Shown: positions 19,918 to 29,038, counted from the stretch's first letter. The stretch is 64,000 nt of DNA from Candidatus Aenigmatarchaeota archaeon (GCA_038997165.1 JAWBAK010000002.1:3083-67082), one strand, 5' to 3'. The notes: generated from the sequence alone by a model not told the origin. Translations and numbers: made by a program.

Positions 19918-20792
19918 TTTATAAAAATGGAATTTCGATAAATCAAAAATATTTGCTTGATCCTTTGGTTGCAGATTTAATTTCTTTTGTATCCCATGCT
20001 CATATAGATCATGCTCCATATTTAGTTGTAAAAAAACCTTTTGCAACAGAAGAAACAATAGATTTAATTCAAGTTAGAGATAAAAATTTTATTGGAGAGA
20101 AAGTCAAATATAATAAAAAATATAATATTGATAATATAAGTTTTGAATTTTTTGATTCTAAACATATTTTGGGTTCTGCAATGATTTATTTAGAATTAGA
20201 TGGAAATTCTATATTATATACAGGCGATTTAAGAACAATAGAATTTAATAAAGATGTAGATATTCTTATAATAGAATCAACATTTGGAAGTAAAGAATAT
20301 ATTTTTCCAAATAGAGAAGAAGAAATAGAAAGACTAATAAAATTTATTAGAGAAAAAGTAGATATTCTAAATAAAAAAGTAGAAATAGGAGCTTATCCGC
20401 TAGGTAAAGCTCAAGAAATAATAAAAATTTTAAACGATTATGGATATATTCCTTCAGCTACAAAAACAATTGAAAAATTTAATGAAATTTATAGAAAATA
20501 TAAAATAAAATTAAAAACTTCTAAAAATTCACAAATTTTAATTAGATCAATGAATGAAGTTATAAACAATCCATTAGAAGGTTATTATCATGCTTTTTGT
20601 AGTGGATGGGCATTAGTAAGAAAATTTGAAAATATAGAAGGTTTTGTTATTTCTGATCATTTAGATTTTAATGGATTAATAGAATTTGTAAAAAATATTA
20701 ATCCAAAAAAAATTTATACTGTTCATGGATTTTCAGAAATATTTGCTAATGAATTAAGAAAGATGGGATTTAATGCACAACCCCTAATTTAA
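19899..20792 (+). CDS. MBL-fold/beta-CASP-like nuclease
   Basis: SHAHIDH, HILGS, YTGD, ESTFG, LGKAQE, SDH, VHG. Confidence 0.88.
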   Translation: MEEKTIIYKNGISINQKYLLDPLVADLISFVSHAHIDHAPYLVVKKPFATEETIDLIQVRDKNFIGEKVKYNKKYNIDNISFEFFDSKHILGSAMIYLELDGNSILYTGDLRTIEFNKDVDILIIESTFGSKEYIFPNREEEIERLIKFIREKVDILNKKVEIGAYPLGKAQEIIKILNDYGYIPSATKTIEKFNEIYRKYKIKLKTSKNSQILIRSMNEVINNPLEGYYHAFCSGWALVRKFENIEGFVISDHLDFNGLIEFVKNINPKKIYTVHGFSEIFANELRKMGFNAQPLI

Positions 20793-21295
20793 GGTAAAAA
20801 TTTTTTTCTCCATTTTTCTTTTAATTTTTCAAATTTTTTCTCTTCTTCATTTTCTTTTTCTATTTTATTTTCTTCTTTTTTTTCTTTAATTTCAACTTTT
20901 ATTGCTAAGAGTTTTTGCCATATTTGATTTAGTTCAGCTTCACTTATTTCATTGGGTTTGTTTTGAATAATTGGAATATCTTCGTTGCTATAAATAGGAT
21001 AAATTCTTATATTAAAATGTTTTAATGGAGATCTTATAATTGCTATTTGTACATCTATAGCATTCAGAACATCTTTAATACCTTTTGCTAATTCTAATGA
21101 TTTTTTAAGACAATGATAAGAAGTTTCTAAATCAAAATCAAAGGTTTCATAATGAAATCTTGGAACCAATATTACCATACCTTTTGTTACTGGTCTAATA
21201 TCTAAAAAAGCCACACATTTTTCATCTTCGTATATAATATAGCTAGGAATTTCCTTTTTTACTATTTTACAAAAAATACATTCTTGAACTTCCAT
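20789..21295 (-). CDS. HIT family protein with degenerate triad
   Basis: CIFCKI, AFLDIRP..G.VILVP; HFNIR replaces HxHxH. Confidence 0.82.
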   Translation of the reverse strand: MEVQECIFCKIVKKEIPSYIIYEDEKCVAFLDIRPVTKGMVILVPRFHYETFDFDLETSYHCLKKSLELAKGIKDVLNAIDVQIAIIRSPLKHFNIRIYPIYSNEDIPIIQNKPNEISEAELNQIWQKLLAIKVEIKEKKEENKIEKENEEEKKFEKLKEKWRKKFLP

Positions 21296-21860
21296 ATAAA
21301 TTATAAATTAAATTACTGTAAATTTTGTTAGCAACATACTTTCCAATTGTTCTTGCTTCTTTTTCTTCTTCCGAATTGAAATAATCAAAAAAATTTTTAA
21401 ATTGATGGCTACTTCTTTTTATTTTTCCTTTTAAATCTTGAATATAGTGAGTTAGTTCATGAGCTATTGTTTCTATTAATTTTTTTGGATATTTGAATAG
21501 CCATTTTGGTATATAAATTGCAGCATCATAAATTCTTCCATAAAAATCTTTTACGCTTCTGTACATTCCCAAAACAATTGCATTATTATATAAAGAAGGT
21601 AAATTATCTACTACATAAATTTTAACTCTGTTTAAATATTCTCTTGGAATATTGAATATTTTGGTAATTTCTTTTTTAATTTGGGAGTATAATGTTTCAT
21701 ACGAAGTATTTATTTCAGAAAAAGAATTATTTAAATTTAAATAAGAATAATTTGAAGGTAAGGAGATAAAATAAAGATTTCTATTTAAATTTTTTACGAA
21801 ATTATTATAAAGCTTATATAATTTTTCCATTAGTTCTTTGAAAAATTCTTTTTCTCTCAT
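21267..21860 (-). CDS. HExxH putative zinc metallopeptidase
   Basis: TIAHELTHYIQ and downstream EEEKEAR. Confidence 0.65.
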   Translation of the reverse strand: MREKEFFKELMEKLYKLYNNFVKNLNRNLYFISLPSNYSYLNLNNSFSEINTSYETLYSQIKKEITKIFNIPREYLNRVKIYVVDNLPSLYNNAIVLGMYRSVKDFYGRIYDAAIYIPKWLFKYPKKLIETIAHELTHYIQDLKGKIKRSSHQFKNFFDYFNSEEEKEARTIGKYVANKIYSNLIYNLYGSSRMYFL

Positions 21861-21898
21861 AAATTAAAAATATATATTAATTTTGAATTAATTAATTT

Positions 21899-22363
21899 AT
21901 GAAATCAAAAGCTCAAGCAGCTTTAGAGTTTTTAATGACATATGGTTGGGCAATATTGCTAGTAATAGTAGTAGTAGGAGCACTTTATGCAACAGGGATG
22001 CTTAAGCCATGTAGATGGGTAGGATTACAAGCAAAGGAATTTCCACTAAGTGAGGTAAGAGTAGTACCAATAAGATTAACAAAAAATGATTTAGTATTTG
22101 AAGTTTATTATCAACAAGCAGGTAATGCTGAATATGTAAGTGTTTCAATTTCAGGAACAGCAGATGGAAAATCTGTAACTATAGGTAATATAACAAATAC
22201 TACCTATTCATTTAGTTCCACAAGCCCAGTAACAATTACAGTATCTCTTTCAGAATTAAGTGGTGGAGAATGTGCGGATTTTGATATAACAATAGAATAT
22301 ATAAAACCAGGAGCAACAGCAACGAGCAAAGTTAGTGGAAAAATAACAGGACCTGTAAGTTAA
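21899..22363 (+). CDS. archaeal type IV pilin with class III signal peptide
   Basis: MKSKA/QAALEFLMTYGWAILLVIVV. Confidence 0.9.
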   Translation: MKSKAQAALEFLMTYGWAILLVIVVVGALYATGMLKPCRWVGLQAKEFPLSEVRVVPIRLTKNDLVFEVYYQQAGNAEYVSVSISGTADGKSVTIGNITNTTYSFSSTSPVTITVSLSELSGGECADFDITIEYIKPGATATSKVSGKITGPVS

Positions 22364-22384
22364 TTTCCCTAATTTTTTATTTTT

Positions 22385-22546
22385 TTAAATTATAAATCTT
22401 AATATTAAAATTAAAATACCAATAAGAACTGAAATAATTATAACTTGCTCAATTTTCAATTTAATTTTAGATTCTGGTTCTTCTTCTAAATGAATTAAAC
22501 CTCCATATCCAGCAGGCATCAAATATTTTTTGGCTTTCTTCACCAT
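22385..22546 (-). CDS. secG: preprotein translocase subunit Sec61beta, not in ORF track
   Basis: MVKKAKKYLMPAGYGGLIHLEEEPESKIKLKIEQVIIISVLIGILILILRFII: P...GL....E....IK motif plus C-terminal TM. Confidence 0.8.
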   Translation of the reverse strand: MVKKAKKYLMPAGYGGLIHLEEEPESKIKLKIEQVIIISVLIGILILILRFII

Positions 22547-22571
22547 AATAAAATTAAGAGAATATCTTTAT

Positions 22572-23849
22572 ATGGAAATAGTAAAAAATTATTATTCTAA
22601 TGAAAAGATATTAGAATTTTTAGTAGAGTTTGCAAAAGATAGAGAAGTTGTTGCCGTATATAAAGATGGAAAATATGGAAAGAGACCAGATATATTACAA
22701 TATCCAGCAGATATTATTTCAAAAGTAGAAGAAGGTGCTATTGCCTTTCATTGTACAGCAGAAAAATGGAAAAACCCAATGCAATTAAGAGCAGGAATGA
22801 TAAAAAAAGATTACGATGAATTAAGATTATCATGGGACTTAGTCATAGATATAGATATTAAAGATTTTGAAATAGCAAAATTAGCTACAAAGGTAATAGT
22901 GGAATTTTTAAAATCATATCAAATAAAAAATTTATTAGTTAAATTTACTGGCGGAGATAGTTTTCATATAATTATCCCTTCTCAAAGTTTTCCAGAAAAT
23001 TTTAATAAATCTCCAATTTCGTTACAATATGAAGAATTGAGTAGAAAAATTATAGAATTTATTAAACAATCTACAGAAGAAGAACTAAGAAATCTTATTA
23101 TTGAATTTTTTAATCCTAAGGAGCTATCTCAAAAACTTAATAAATCTTTGGATGAACTTTTTGAAAATAATGTTTTAAAACCATTTAAATTTATAAATAT
23201 AGATGTTTTTGGAGTTAGACATTTATTTAGAATGCCATATTCTTTACATGAAAAAACTTTATTAGTTAGTCTACCAATAAATCCAAAAGAAATAATGAGT
23301 TTTAAAAAAAGTGATGCACATCCAGAAAAAGTTATATTTGATGAAAAATTAGTTAGATTTGAATATAAAAACGATGCAATTTATTTATTAATAGAAGCTA
23401 TAGAAAGAGTAAAAATAGAAGTAGAAAAAGAAATAGAAGAATTAAAAGAAAAAGTTGAAGTTGGAAAAAAAAGAAAAATTCCTTTTGAATATTTTCCACC
23501 ATGCATAAAAACAATTCTTAACGGTTTAGAAGATGGAAGAAATAGAAGCATCTTTGTATTAATAACTTTTTTAAGAAATGTAGGTTATTCTTGGGAAGAA
23601 ATAGAAAAAATATTGCACGAATGGAATGAAAAAAATAGACCTCCATTAAGAGAAGGAATAATAAGAACTCAATTTAGATGGCATGTGAGACAAGAAAGAA
23701 ATTTATTAAGTCCTAATTGTGATCATCCAGTTTTCTATAAAGATTATGGCGTCTGTAAGCCCGATGAATTTTGTAAGGAAATAAAAAATCCCTTATCTTA
23801 TGCTTTAAAAAAATTCTTAAAAGATAAAAAAATTAAAAAAGAAGAATAA
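22572..23849 (+). CDS. fused DNA primase PriS-PriL
   Basis: WDLVIDID and KFTGGDSFH, RHLFRMPYSLH (AEP catalytic) fused to FPPCI...SPNC...C..D..C.IKNP (Fe-S PriL C-terminal domain). Confidence 0.92.
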   Translation: MEIVKNYYSNEKILEFLVEFAKDREVVAVYKDGKYGKRPDILQYPADIISKVEEGAIAFHCTAEKWKNPMQLRAGMIKKDYDELRLSWDLVIDIDIKDFEIAKLATKVIVEFLKSYQIKNLLVKFTGGDSFHIIIPSQSFPENFNKSPISLQYEELSRKIIEFIKQSTEEELRNLIIEFFNPKELSQKLNKSLDELFENNVLKPFKFINIDVFGVRHLFRMPYSLHEKTLLVSLPINPKEIMSFKKSDAHPEKVIFDEKLVRFEYKNDAIYLLIEAIERVKIEVEKEIEELKEKVEVGKKRKIPFEYFPPCIKTILNGLEDGRNRSIFVLITFLRNVGYSWEEIEKILHEWNEKNRPPLREGIIRTQFRWHVRQERNLLSPNCDHPVFYKDYGVCKPDEFCKEIKNPLSYALKKFLKDKKIKKEE

Positions 23850-23850
23850 T

Positions 23851-24000
23851 ATGGAAATTATAACTATATATATTCCCAAAAGTATAAATCTAGAAATTTC
23901 TATTATAATATTATCTTTAATTATAGCTACGCTATTATTTTTTAAGCTTTTATCTATAAGGAAAAAATTAAAAATAAGAAAAATTCCAGAACTTCCTTAA
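23851..24000 (+). CDS. small single-TM protein (49 aa)
   Basis: ATG immediately after primase stop; hydrophobic core and basic tail; fills the gap to rps19e. Confidence 0.5.
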   Translation: MEIITIYIPKSINLEISIIILSLIIATLLFFKLLSIRKKLKIRKIPELP

Positions 24001-24001
24001 A

Positions 24002-24427
24002 TTATGAAGATTCTTTATAAACTTCATATGCTATTTTATTTAGAAAACTAATTCCTTTAGGAGTTAATTTTCTTCCTTTTTTTTCTACTTTTTCGACAAG
24101 ACCAGCTTTTTCTAATTGTTGCAAAATAGTTCTAATAATTTTTCCACTGGCTTTTTTAAATTTTTCTCTTTGTCTTTTATGTTGTTTTCTTCTTCCATAG
24201 TAAGTTCTTAATCTACTTACTCCAACAGGACCATCTATATATAATCTTCTTAATATACTAGCAGCTCTAATGTACCAAAAATCTTCTTGCTCTGGAGGCC
24301 TTTCGTTAGCACAGGAATTCTTAGCAAATAATGCCCATCTTGGAGGTTTAATTATTTCTATCTTTTTTAACTCTTCTTTAACTCTTTCTATTAATTTTTG
24401 TGGATCAACGTCGTATACAGTTACCAT
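24002..24427 (-). CDS. rps19e: 30S ribosomal protein eS19
   Basis: TVYDV, WYIRAASILRRLY, GPVGVSRLR, IIRTILQQLE. Confidence 0.97.
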   Translation of the reverse strand: MVTVYDVDPQKLIERVKEELKKIEIIKPPRWALFAKNSCANERPPEQEDFWYIRAASILRRLYIDGPVGVSRLRTYYGRRKQHKRQREKFKKASGKIIRTILQQLEKAGLVEKVEKKGRKLTPKGISFLNKIAYEVYKESS

Positions 24428-24458
24428 AAAGAATATTTAAAAAGTTATATAAAAATTT

Positions 24459-24662
24459 ATGTCGATAGAAGAGATTAAGCAAAAAATAATAGAAATTTTA
24501 AAAGTAAAAAATATAATAAGTAAAAAAGAGCTTTTAAACATAATAGAAAATAAAGAAGATGTAGAAAAAGCAATTTATGAATTACTATCGAATAATATAA
24601 TTTTTGAAATTAATATTTTAGGTGGAAATTATTATGGCCTTAAAAATATTAAAAATAAATAA
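24459..24662 (+). CDS. small winged-helix-like protein
   Basis: 67 aa; IIEILK..IISKKEL...VEKAIYELL...IIFE pattern. Confidence 0.55.
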   Translation: MSIEEIKQKIIEILKVKNIISKKELLNIIENKEDVEKAIYELLSNNIIFEINILGGNYYGLKNIKNK

Positions 24663-24822
24663 GGAAAAATTATTATTTATTCTTTTTGTTATTCTTATTT
24701 TTTTAATGTTTTTGCTAGATGCTTCAACTACAAAAGTTAACTTATGTAAAATTAATGGAAATGCTACGAATCAAACTTGTATTGTTCCTCCTATTCAAGT
24801 ATTTCCATACTTGAAAGAGTGA
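24634..24822 (+). CDS. small single-TM protein with Cys pair
   Basis: Hydrophobic segment then C..N-A-T-N-Q-T-C. Confidence 0.5.
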   Translation: MALKILKINKEKLLFILFVILIFLMFLLDASTTKVNLCKINGNATNQTCIVPPIQVFPYLKE

Positions 24823-24945
24823 GTTCTAAGATTTAATTAACTACTTTTAGATAGTTAATAAGCCTAATATAATATATTTATTTAGATAAAAGGAAGATAA
24901 GAATATTAAAAAATCTATATATCCACTTGGCGCATTTTTATAAAT

Positions 24946-25251
24946 ATGGAGGAAAAAAGAGAAGAGAAAAAAAGGTCAGACGAATTAGAAAATGTGTTGA
25001 AAATACTAATTGTTTTAAAAAAACTAAACGGTTGGATATGGATTAGAGAAATAGCAAGAAGAGTAAATTTACACCATAAGACAGTTTCTCGCATTTTAGA
25101 TAAATATTTTAGACCATTCATAGAGGAGCAAAGAATTTTACCTTTTAGAGCTAGACTAGTGAGATTAAAAGATAATATTGATGAAGAAAAATTTATAGCT
25201 TTTTGGAAAATAAAAAAGTTGCAGGAAATATATGAAAAAAGATTTAAATAA
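24946..25251 (+). CDS. winged-helix DNA-binding protein
   Basis: WIWIREIARRVNLHHKTVSRIL HTH. Confidence 0.8.
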   Translation: MEEKREEKKRSDELENVLKILIVLKKLNGWIWIREIARRVNLHHKTVSRILDKYFRPFIEEQRILPFRARLVRLKDNIDEEKFIAFWKIKKLQEIYEKRFK

Positions 25252-25253
25252 TT

Positions 25254-25817
25254 ATGAGTTTAATTGAGAAGTTTAAAAAGTTTTTTCTTAGAAAGAAAAG
25301 TTCCCTAGAAGCTCTTCAACAAAGCGACGAAACTCTAGAAAAAAAGACAAATATAGAAGAAAATATTTTAGAAAGAAATAATGAATTAGGTTTGATAGAT
25401 GAAAAATTCTTATATGGATATATTTTAAAAACTCTAAAATCTATTGAAGAAAGTTTAAAGAGAATAGAGTACAACATGGTAACAAAAGATTGGGCAGCTT
25501 TAAATTTATCAGAAAAGAAGGACATTGAAAATTTGTTAAACAAATTAGACGAAAAAATAGAGAACATAAAATTTATTTTACCATCTGCTTCAAGCGCTTT
25601 AAGCAGATCGAGCAGATCAAGTGAAATTATTAAGAAAGCCGTTGAAATAATAAGGGAAAGAAAAGAAATAAGTTATGAGGATTTAGCTAGGGAATTAGGA
25701 ATTTCAAATAGTTATTTGAGAGCAATAGCTAGTTTGATAGAGATGAATAATCCAAATATAAAAAGAAATATAAGAGATAAGAAAGGATATTTTATATACT
25801 TTGAAAAAATAGATTAG
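25254..25817 (+). CDS. coiled-coil protein with C-terminal HTH/winged helix
   Basis: ISYEDLARELGISNSYLR; Ser-rich linker encoded by a copy of the local DNA repeat. Confidence 0.75.
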   Translation: MSLIEKFKKFFLRKKSSLEALQQSDETLEKKTNIEENILERNNELGLIDEKFLYGYILKTLKSIEESLKRIEYNMVTKDWAALNLSEKKDIENLLNKLDEKIENIKFILPSASSALSRSSRSSEIIKKAVEIIRERKEISYEDLARELGISNSYLRAIASLIEMNNPNIKRNIRDKKGYFIYFEKID

Positions 25818-26085
25818 TAAAATACTTTTAGAATTGCTTAAGCGCTTAAGCAGTTCAAGCATGTTGACTAGTTACTTTTAAAAATTTAAAAATTAATATA
25901 TGGTTCGTAAGCCTACGATATTATCTAAATTAATCATGAAATTCTTTAATTTATAATTAAATGTTTTAATTCTTCAAATAGAAATGCTTTAACTGCTTGA
26001 AGCGCTTGAAGCGCTTATAAGCATAAGCAGCAAAAGAAATTTTGAAATATTTCTTCTGCTTAAGCGCTTAAGCAGATCAAGCAGT
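25584..26085. repeat. four clusters of TGCTT/AAGCA palindromic repeats
   Basis: 25584-25621 (in gene), 25835-25861, 25991-26030, 26055-26085; includes perfect 22-bp palindrome TCTGCTTAAGCGCTTAAGCAGA at 26055-26076. Confidence 0.9.
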
Positions 26086-26169
26086 TAATATATTGACAAA
26101 ATTAAATATAATATCACTAAAAAATAAAATATTTTATTTCTAAATGATAATTATATAACTTTTAGAAAT

Positions 26170-26818
26170 TCTCACATTTTATATTATACTTTCATTTATA
26201 TTTTATAGTTAGTTTTATATCGAGAACTATCTCACATTTATTTTAATATTTGTAAAAGCTCTTTTTAAACAATTTAGAAGAATTATCTCTCACGTTTATA
26301 ATGAGAAACTAAACAAATTTAAAATTTAGATTTTTAAGTTCTAAATAGTATTAAACAAATTTTATTATTCTATAGTGGCAAACTATCTTTAGTCTTCTCT
26401 CACATTTTACAGAAAAATAACTAGTAACTATTTTTAAATAACTATTATTAAACAAATTACTTATTCATAGATAGTACTAGAAAAGTCAATTTTTTATCAT
26501 TATTTATGAATTTAAAACATAAAGTAAAAAATTATATACTCAATTATATATAATTTTTTGTATAAATTATTAAAAGGTACTAAATAATTTACTTAAAAAA
26601 TAGTGAAAATATTATAAAAAACAGCATTCCATTATTATTATTCTTCTATAGATTTATTTAAATTATTTTTAATTTTTTTATATGTATAAACTTTTTATAT
26701 TTTAAACTTAACTTTAAATCTCTTTAAATATAGCTTTATCGTAAAAATATACCTTTAAAAATTTATAGCTGGCTCTGTAGACCAGTTATAAATTTTTAGA
26801 ATTTAAAAAAATGTGAGA
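26170..26818. repeat. iteron-like TCTCACRTTT and TAAACAA(A)TT repeats around an AT-rich core
   Basis: TCTCACRTTT at 26170, 26230, 26288, 26398 and inverted at 26809; TAAACAA(A)TT at 26266, 26310, 26352, 26449. Confidence 0.8.
26756..26798. other. 17-bp-stem hairpin
   Basis: TAAAAATTTATAGCTGG-N9-CCAGTTATAAATTTTTA with one G-T pair. Confidence 0.75.
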
Positions 26819-27253
26819 GTTTTTAATTTATTTATTTACTTAATAGTAATTGTTAATAGATTTAAAGAATAAATAAAAAATATTCTGAAAATTAGTGAAC
26901 AAACTTTTTTCTAATATTTGTTAAAATGTTTATTATCCAGATGGCGCATCTATAAGATTCGAGAATTTTATTTTTTATGTCTTTTGTTTTTTCGAAAATA
27001 ATAAATATCTTAAAAGATAAAAGATTATAACTATACAAAACAAAAATATATGCTTATTTCTAAGAAGGAACTTAATAAAAAATTGAAATTAAAAATTTCA
27101 AAGTACAAAAATCAGAAATTATATTGCAAACTATCCTTTTTATAAGAATTGCGATATAAAAGTAAAAAATATTACTAATACTTAAATGTCATATTGGTAA
27201 GAGTGAAAAATTAAAAAAAGAAATATATGAAAGATATTTGGTACTTCTTTCTA

Positions 27254-28069
27254 CTAGTATCTATAGTTTTGATAAATCTGTTTAACTCTATTTTCTAGTT
27301 CATGCACCAAATCTTTTACTGTTCTAGAAGAGAGTAATACTTTTTCTATCTTTTTAAATTCTTTATTTATATCATATGATTTTTCTATACACTCTAAAAT
27401 ATCTTTTACAATATCAATAGAGGGTATGTTTTTTGCATTTAAGTTTTCTGATATTTTTATTGTACCTAACCAAGCATATATTTCACTTAAATTTCTGAAA
27501 TTCTCTGCTTTCTCTTGAATGCTTCTAAAGTGTAAAATAAAGCTTATAAAATTCAAAATAATAGTAATGATTGTAAAAATTGAATATGTTTCTTTACCAT
27601 TTATTATTTCTTTAAATGTTTGTACAAGGTTGTTTAAACTATTTTCATAATTTTTCAAAGCGTTTTTAATTTCGTTTGATGCTAATGAATTCAAAATATA
27701 CTTTGCGTGCATTAGTTCGTGAGGTAATGTTTCAACATCTTTACCATCGATCTTTACATAATCCTTTATTATAAGAATAATTGATCCTTCTTTATATAAT
27801 AGTGGGATTGTTATACCACCCAATTGTATAGAGTTATAAATTAATTCTGATATTATTAGATTTGCTCTATAAACTTCTGTATTTTTAGTAACGTTCTCAT
27901 CTAGATCAATACCTTTACTAGCAAGTTTATTTACGGCATTTTTTACTTCCTCTTTTGAAACTCTCTCAACCAAACCTATTTTTTCTGCTTTTTCAAATAG
28001 ATCTTCTATTAAATCTTTATTTTCTTTTCTTATATGGTTTGCATGTATTGTAGGTATATTATCATTCAT
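27254..28069 (-). CDS. HExxH-containing hypothetical protein with one TM
   Basis: TLPHELMHA, later SEIYA; hydrophobic YSIFTIITIILNFISFIL. Confidence 0.65.
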   Translation of the reverse strand: MNDNIPTIHANHIRKENKDLIEDLFEKAEKIGLVERVSKEEVKNAVNKLASKGIDLDENVTKNTEVYRANLIISELIYNSIQLGGITIPLLYKEGSIILIIKDYVKIDGKDVETLPHELMHAKYILNSLASNEIKNALKNYENSLNNLVQTFKEIINGKETYSIFTIITIILNFISFILHFRSIQEKAENFRNLSEIYAWLGTIKISENLNAKNIPSIDIVKDILECIEKSYDINKEFKKIEKVLLSSRTVKDLVHELENRVKQIYQNYRY

Positions 28070-28184
28070 AAGTAATTATATTAGATTTGAAAATATATAT
28101 TTTTTATTGATAACTATGAATGTTAAACATCTAAAATAAATTAAAAATCCCTCTTTATAATTTTTTTAAAATTATATAATATTT

Positions 28185-28310
28185 ATGGAACACGCTTCAA
28201 TTAAAACTGCTATTTTTATTGGTATTGCAATTTTAATAATTTTATTTTTCATAATAATAGGTATTTACTATTTTAAAATTTTATCAACGCAAGTAGCTAT
28301 TACCCCATAA
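28185..28310 (+). CDS. micro-pilin-like protein 1 (41 aa), not in ORF track
   Basis: MEHASIKTAIFIGIAILIILFFIIIGIYYFKILSTQVAITP. Confidence 0.7.
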   Translation: MEHASIKTAIFIGIAILIILFFIIIGIYYFKILSTQVAITP

Positions 28311-28312
28311 AA

Positions 28313-28489
28313 ATGCCTATAGAAATATCAACAGAATTGCTTTATATATTAATTTTTTTCTTGATAATTGTAGCAGTAATATTAACTTTTATTTTTTCTG
28401 GTTTCGATATCAATAGAATGCAAGAAAGTATTTCAAGTTTTTGGGATAGTGTAGATAGATTTGCTAAGAAAATATTTGGAGAAAAATAA
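28313..28489 (+). CDS. micro-pilin-like protein 2 (58 aa), not in ORF track
   Basis: MPIEISTELLYILIFFLIIVAVILTFIFSGFDINRMQESISSFWDSVDRFAKKIFGEK. Confidence 0.75.
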   Translation: MPIEISTELLYILIFFLIIVAVILTFIFSGFDINRMQESISSFWDSVDRFAKKIFGEK

Positions 28490-28491
28490 TT

Positions 28492-28677
28492 ATGGAAGTA
28501 AATTTTTTGATCCTAATAATTCTAGGTATTATAATTTTTTCAATTATTTTAATTGTAATATTTTCTATGATTTGGCCTTCGAAGTTTTCTACATTTTTAA
28601 AAGAAGCATGTTTATTAACAGTTGGAAAATTTTTTGCACAACCATATATATGTGAAGCTTTTAGAGTAGCAGAATGA
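28492..28677 (+). CDS. micro-pilin-like protein 3 (61 aa)
   Basis: N-terminal TM helix; C-x13-C pair near C-terminus. Confidence 0.75.
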   Translation: MEVNFLILIILGIIIFSIILIVIFSMIWPSKFSTFLKEACLLTVGKFFAQPYICEAFRVAE

Positions 28678-28865
28678 TTCCGATAAGAACTCTTATAATA
28701 ATTTTTTTAATAATTATTGCAATTATATTTTTAATTTCGATTATCTTTGCATTTTTTAAGGGTGGAGGAGTAGCTCAAGTTTTTTATGAATTTTGCAAAA
28801 TAACTATTGGCAATATTCCATTTATTGGAGAGGGTGTTTGCGAAACTTTAATAAAAGAGATATAA
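28674..28865 (+). CDS. micro-pilin-like protein 4 (63 aa)
   Basis: ATGA overlap with previous gene; TM helix; C-x14-C pair, paralogous to protein 3. Confidence 0.75.
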   Translation: MIPIRTLIIIFLIIIAIIFLISIIFAFFKGGGVAQVFYEFCKITIGNIPFIGEGVCETLIKEI

Positions 28866-28876
28866 AAAAATAATTT

Positions 28877-29038
28877 ATGGAGCAAACGATTTGGATAATA
28901 ATTCTTATAGTTATTGCAATTCTTTCGTTTATTGTAATATTGAGCATAATATCTTTAGCAAGAGAAGGTGGAATGAGAAGTTTAGGAGATTTGTTTAATT
29001 TATCTAAATTTTTGGAAATTGTTGGAATAAAGAAATGA
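28877..29038 (+). CDS. micro-pilin-like protein 5 (53 aa), not in ORF track
   Basis: MEQTIWIIILIVIAILSFIVILSIISLAREGGMRSLGDLFNLSKFLEIVGIKK. Confidence 0.75.
   Translation: MEQTIWIIILIVIAILSFIVILSIISLAREGGMRSLGDLFNLSKFLEIVGIKK

Noticed and set aside
25895..25932. Xer dif site
   Set aside because: TCGTA-AGCC-TACGA and TTATCTAAA are suggestive, but the 11-6-11 inverted arrangement is not met
25818..27253. CRISPR array
   Set aside because: Repeats are 10-22 bp, irregularly spaced and of several families; no constant repeat-spacer period and no cas genes in the window
28461..28655. 64-aa ORF
   Set aside because: Alternative frame overlapping two better-supported micro-pilin ORFs
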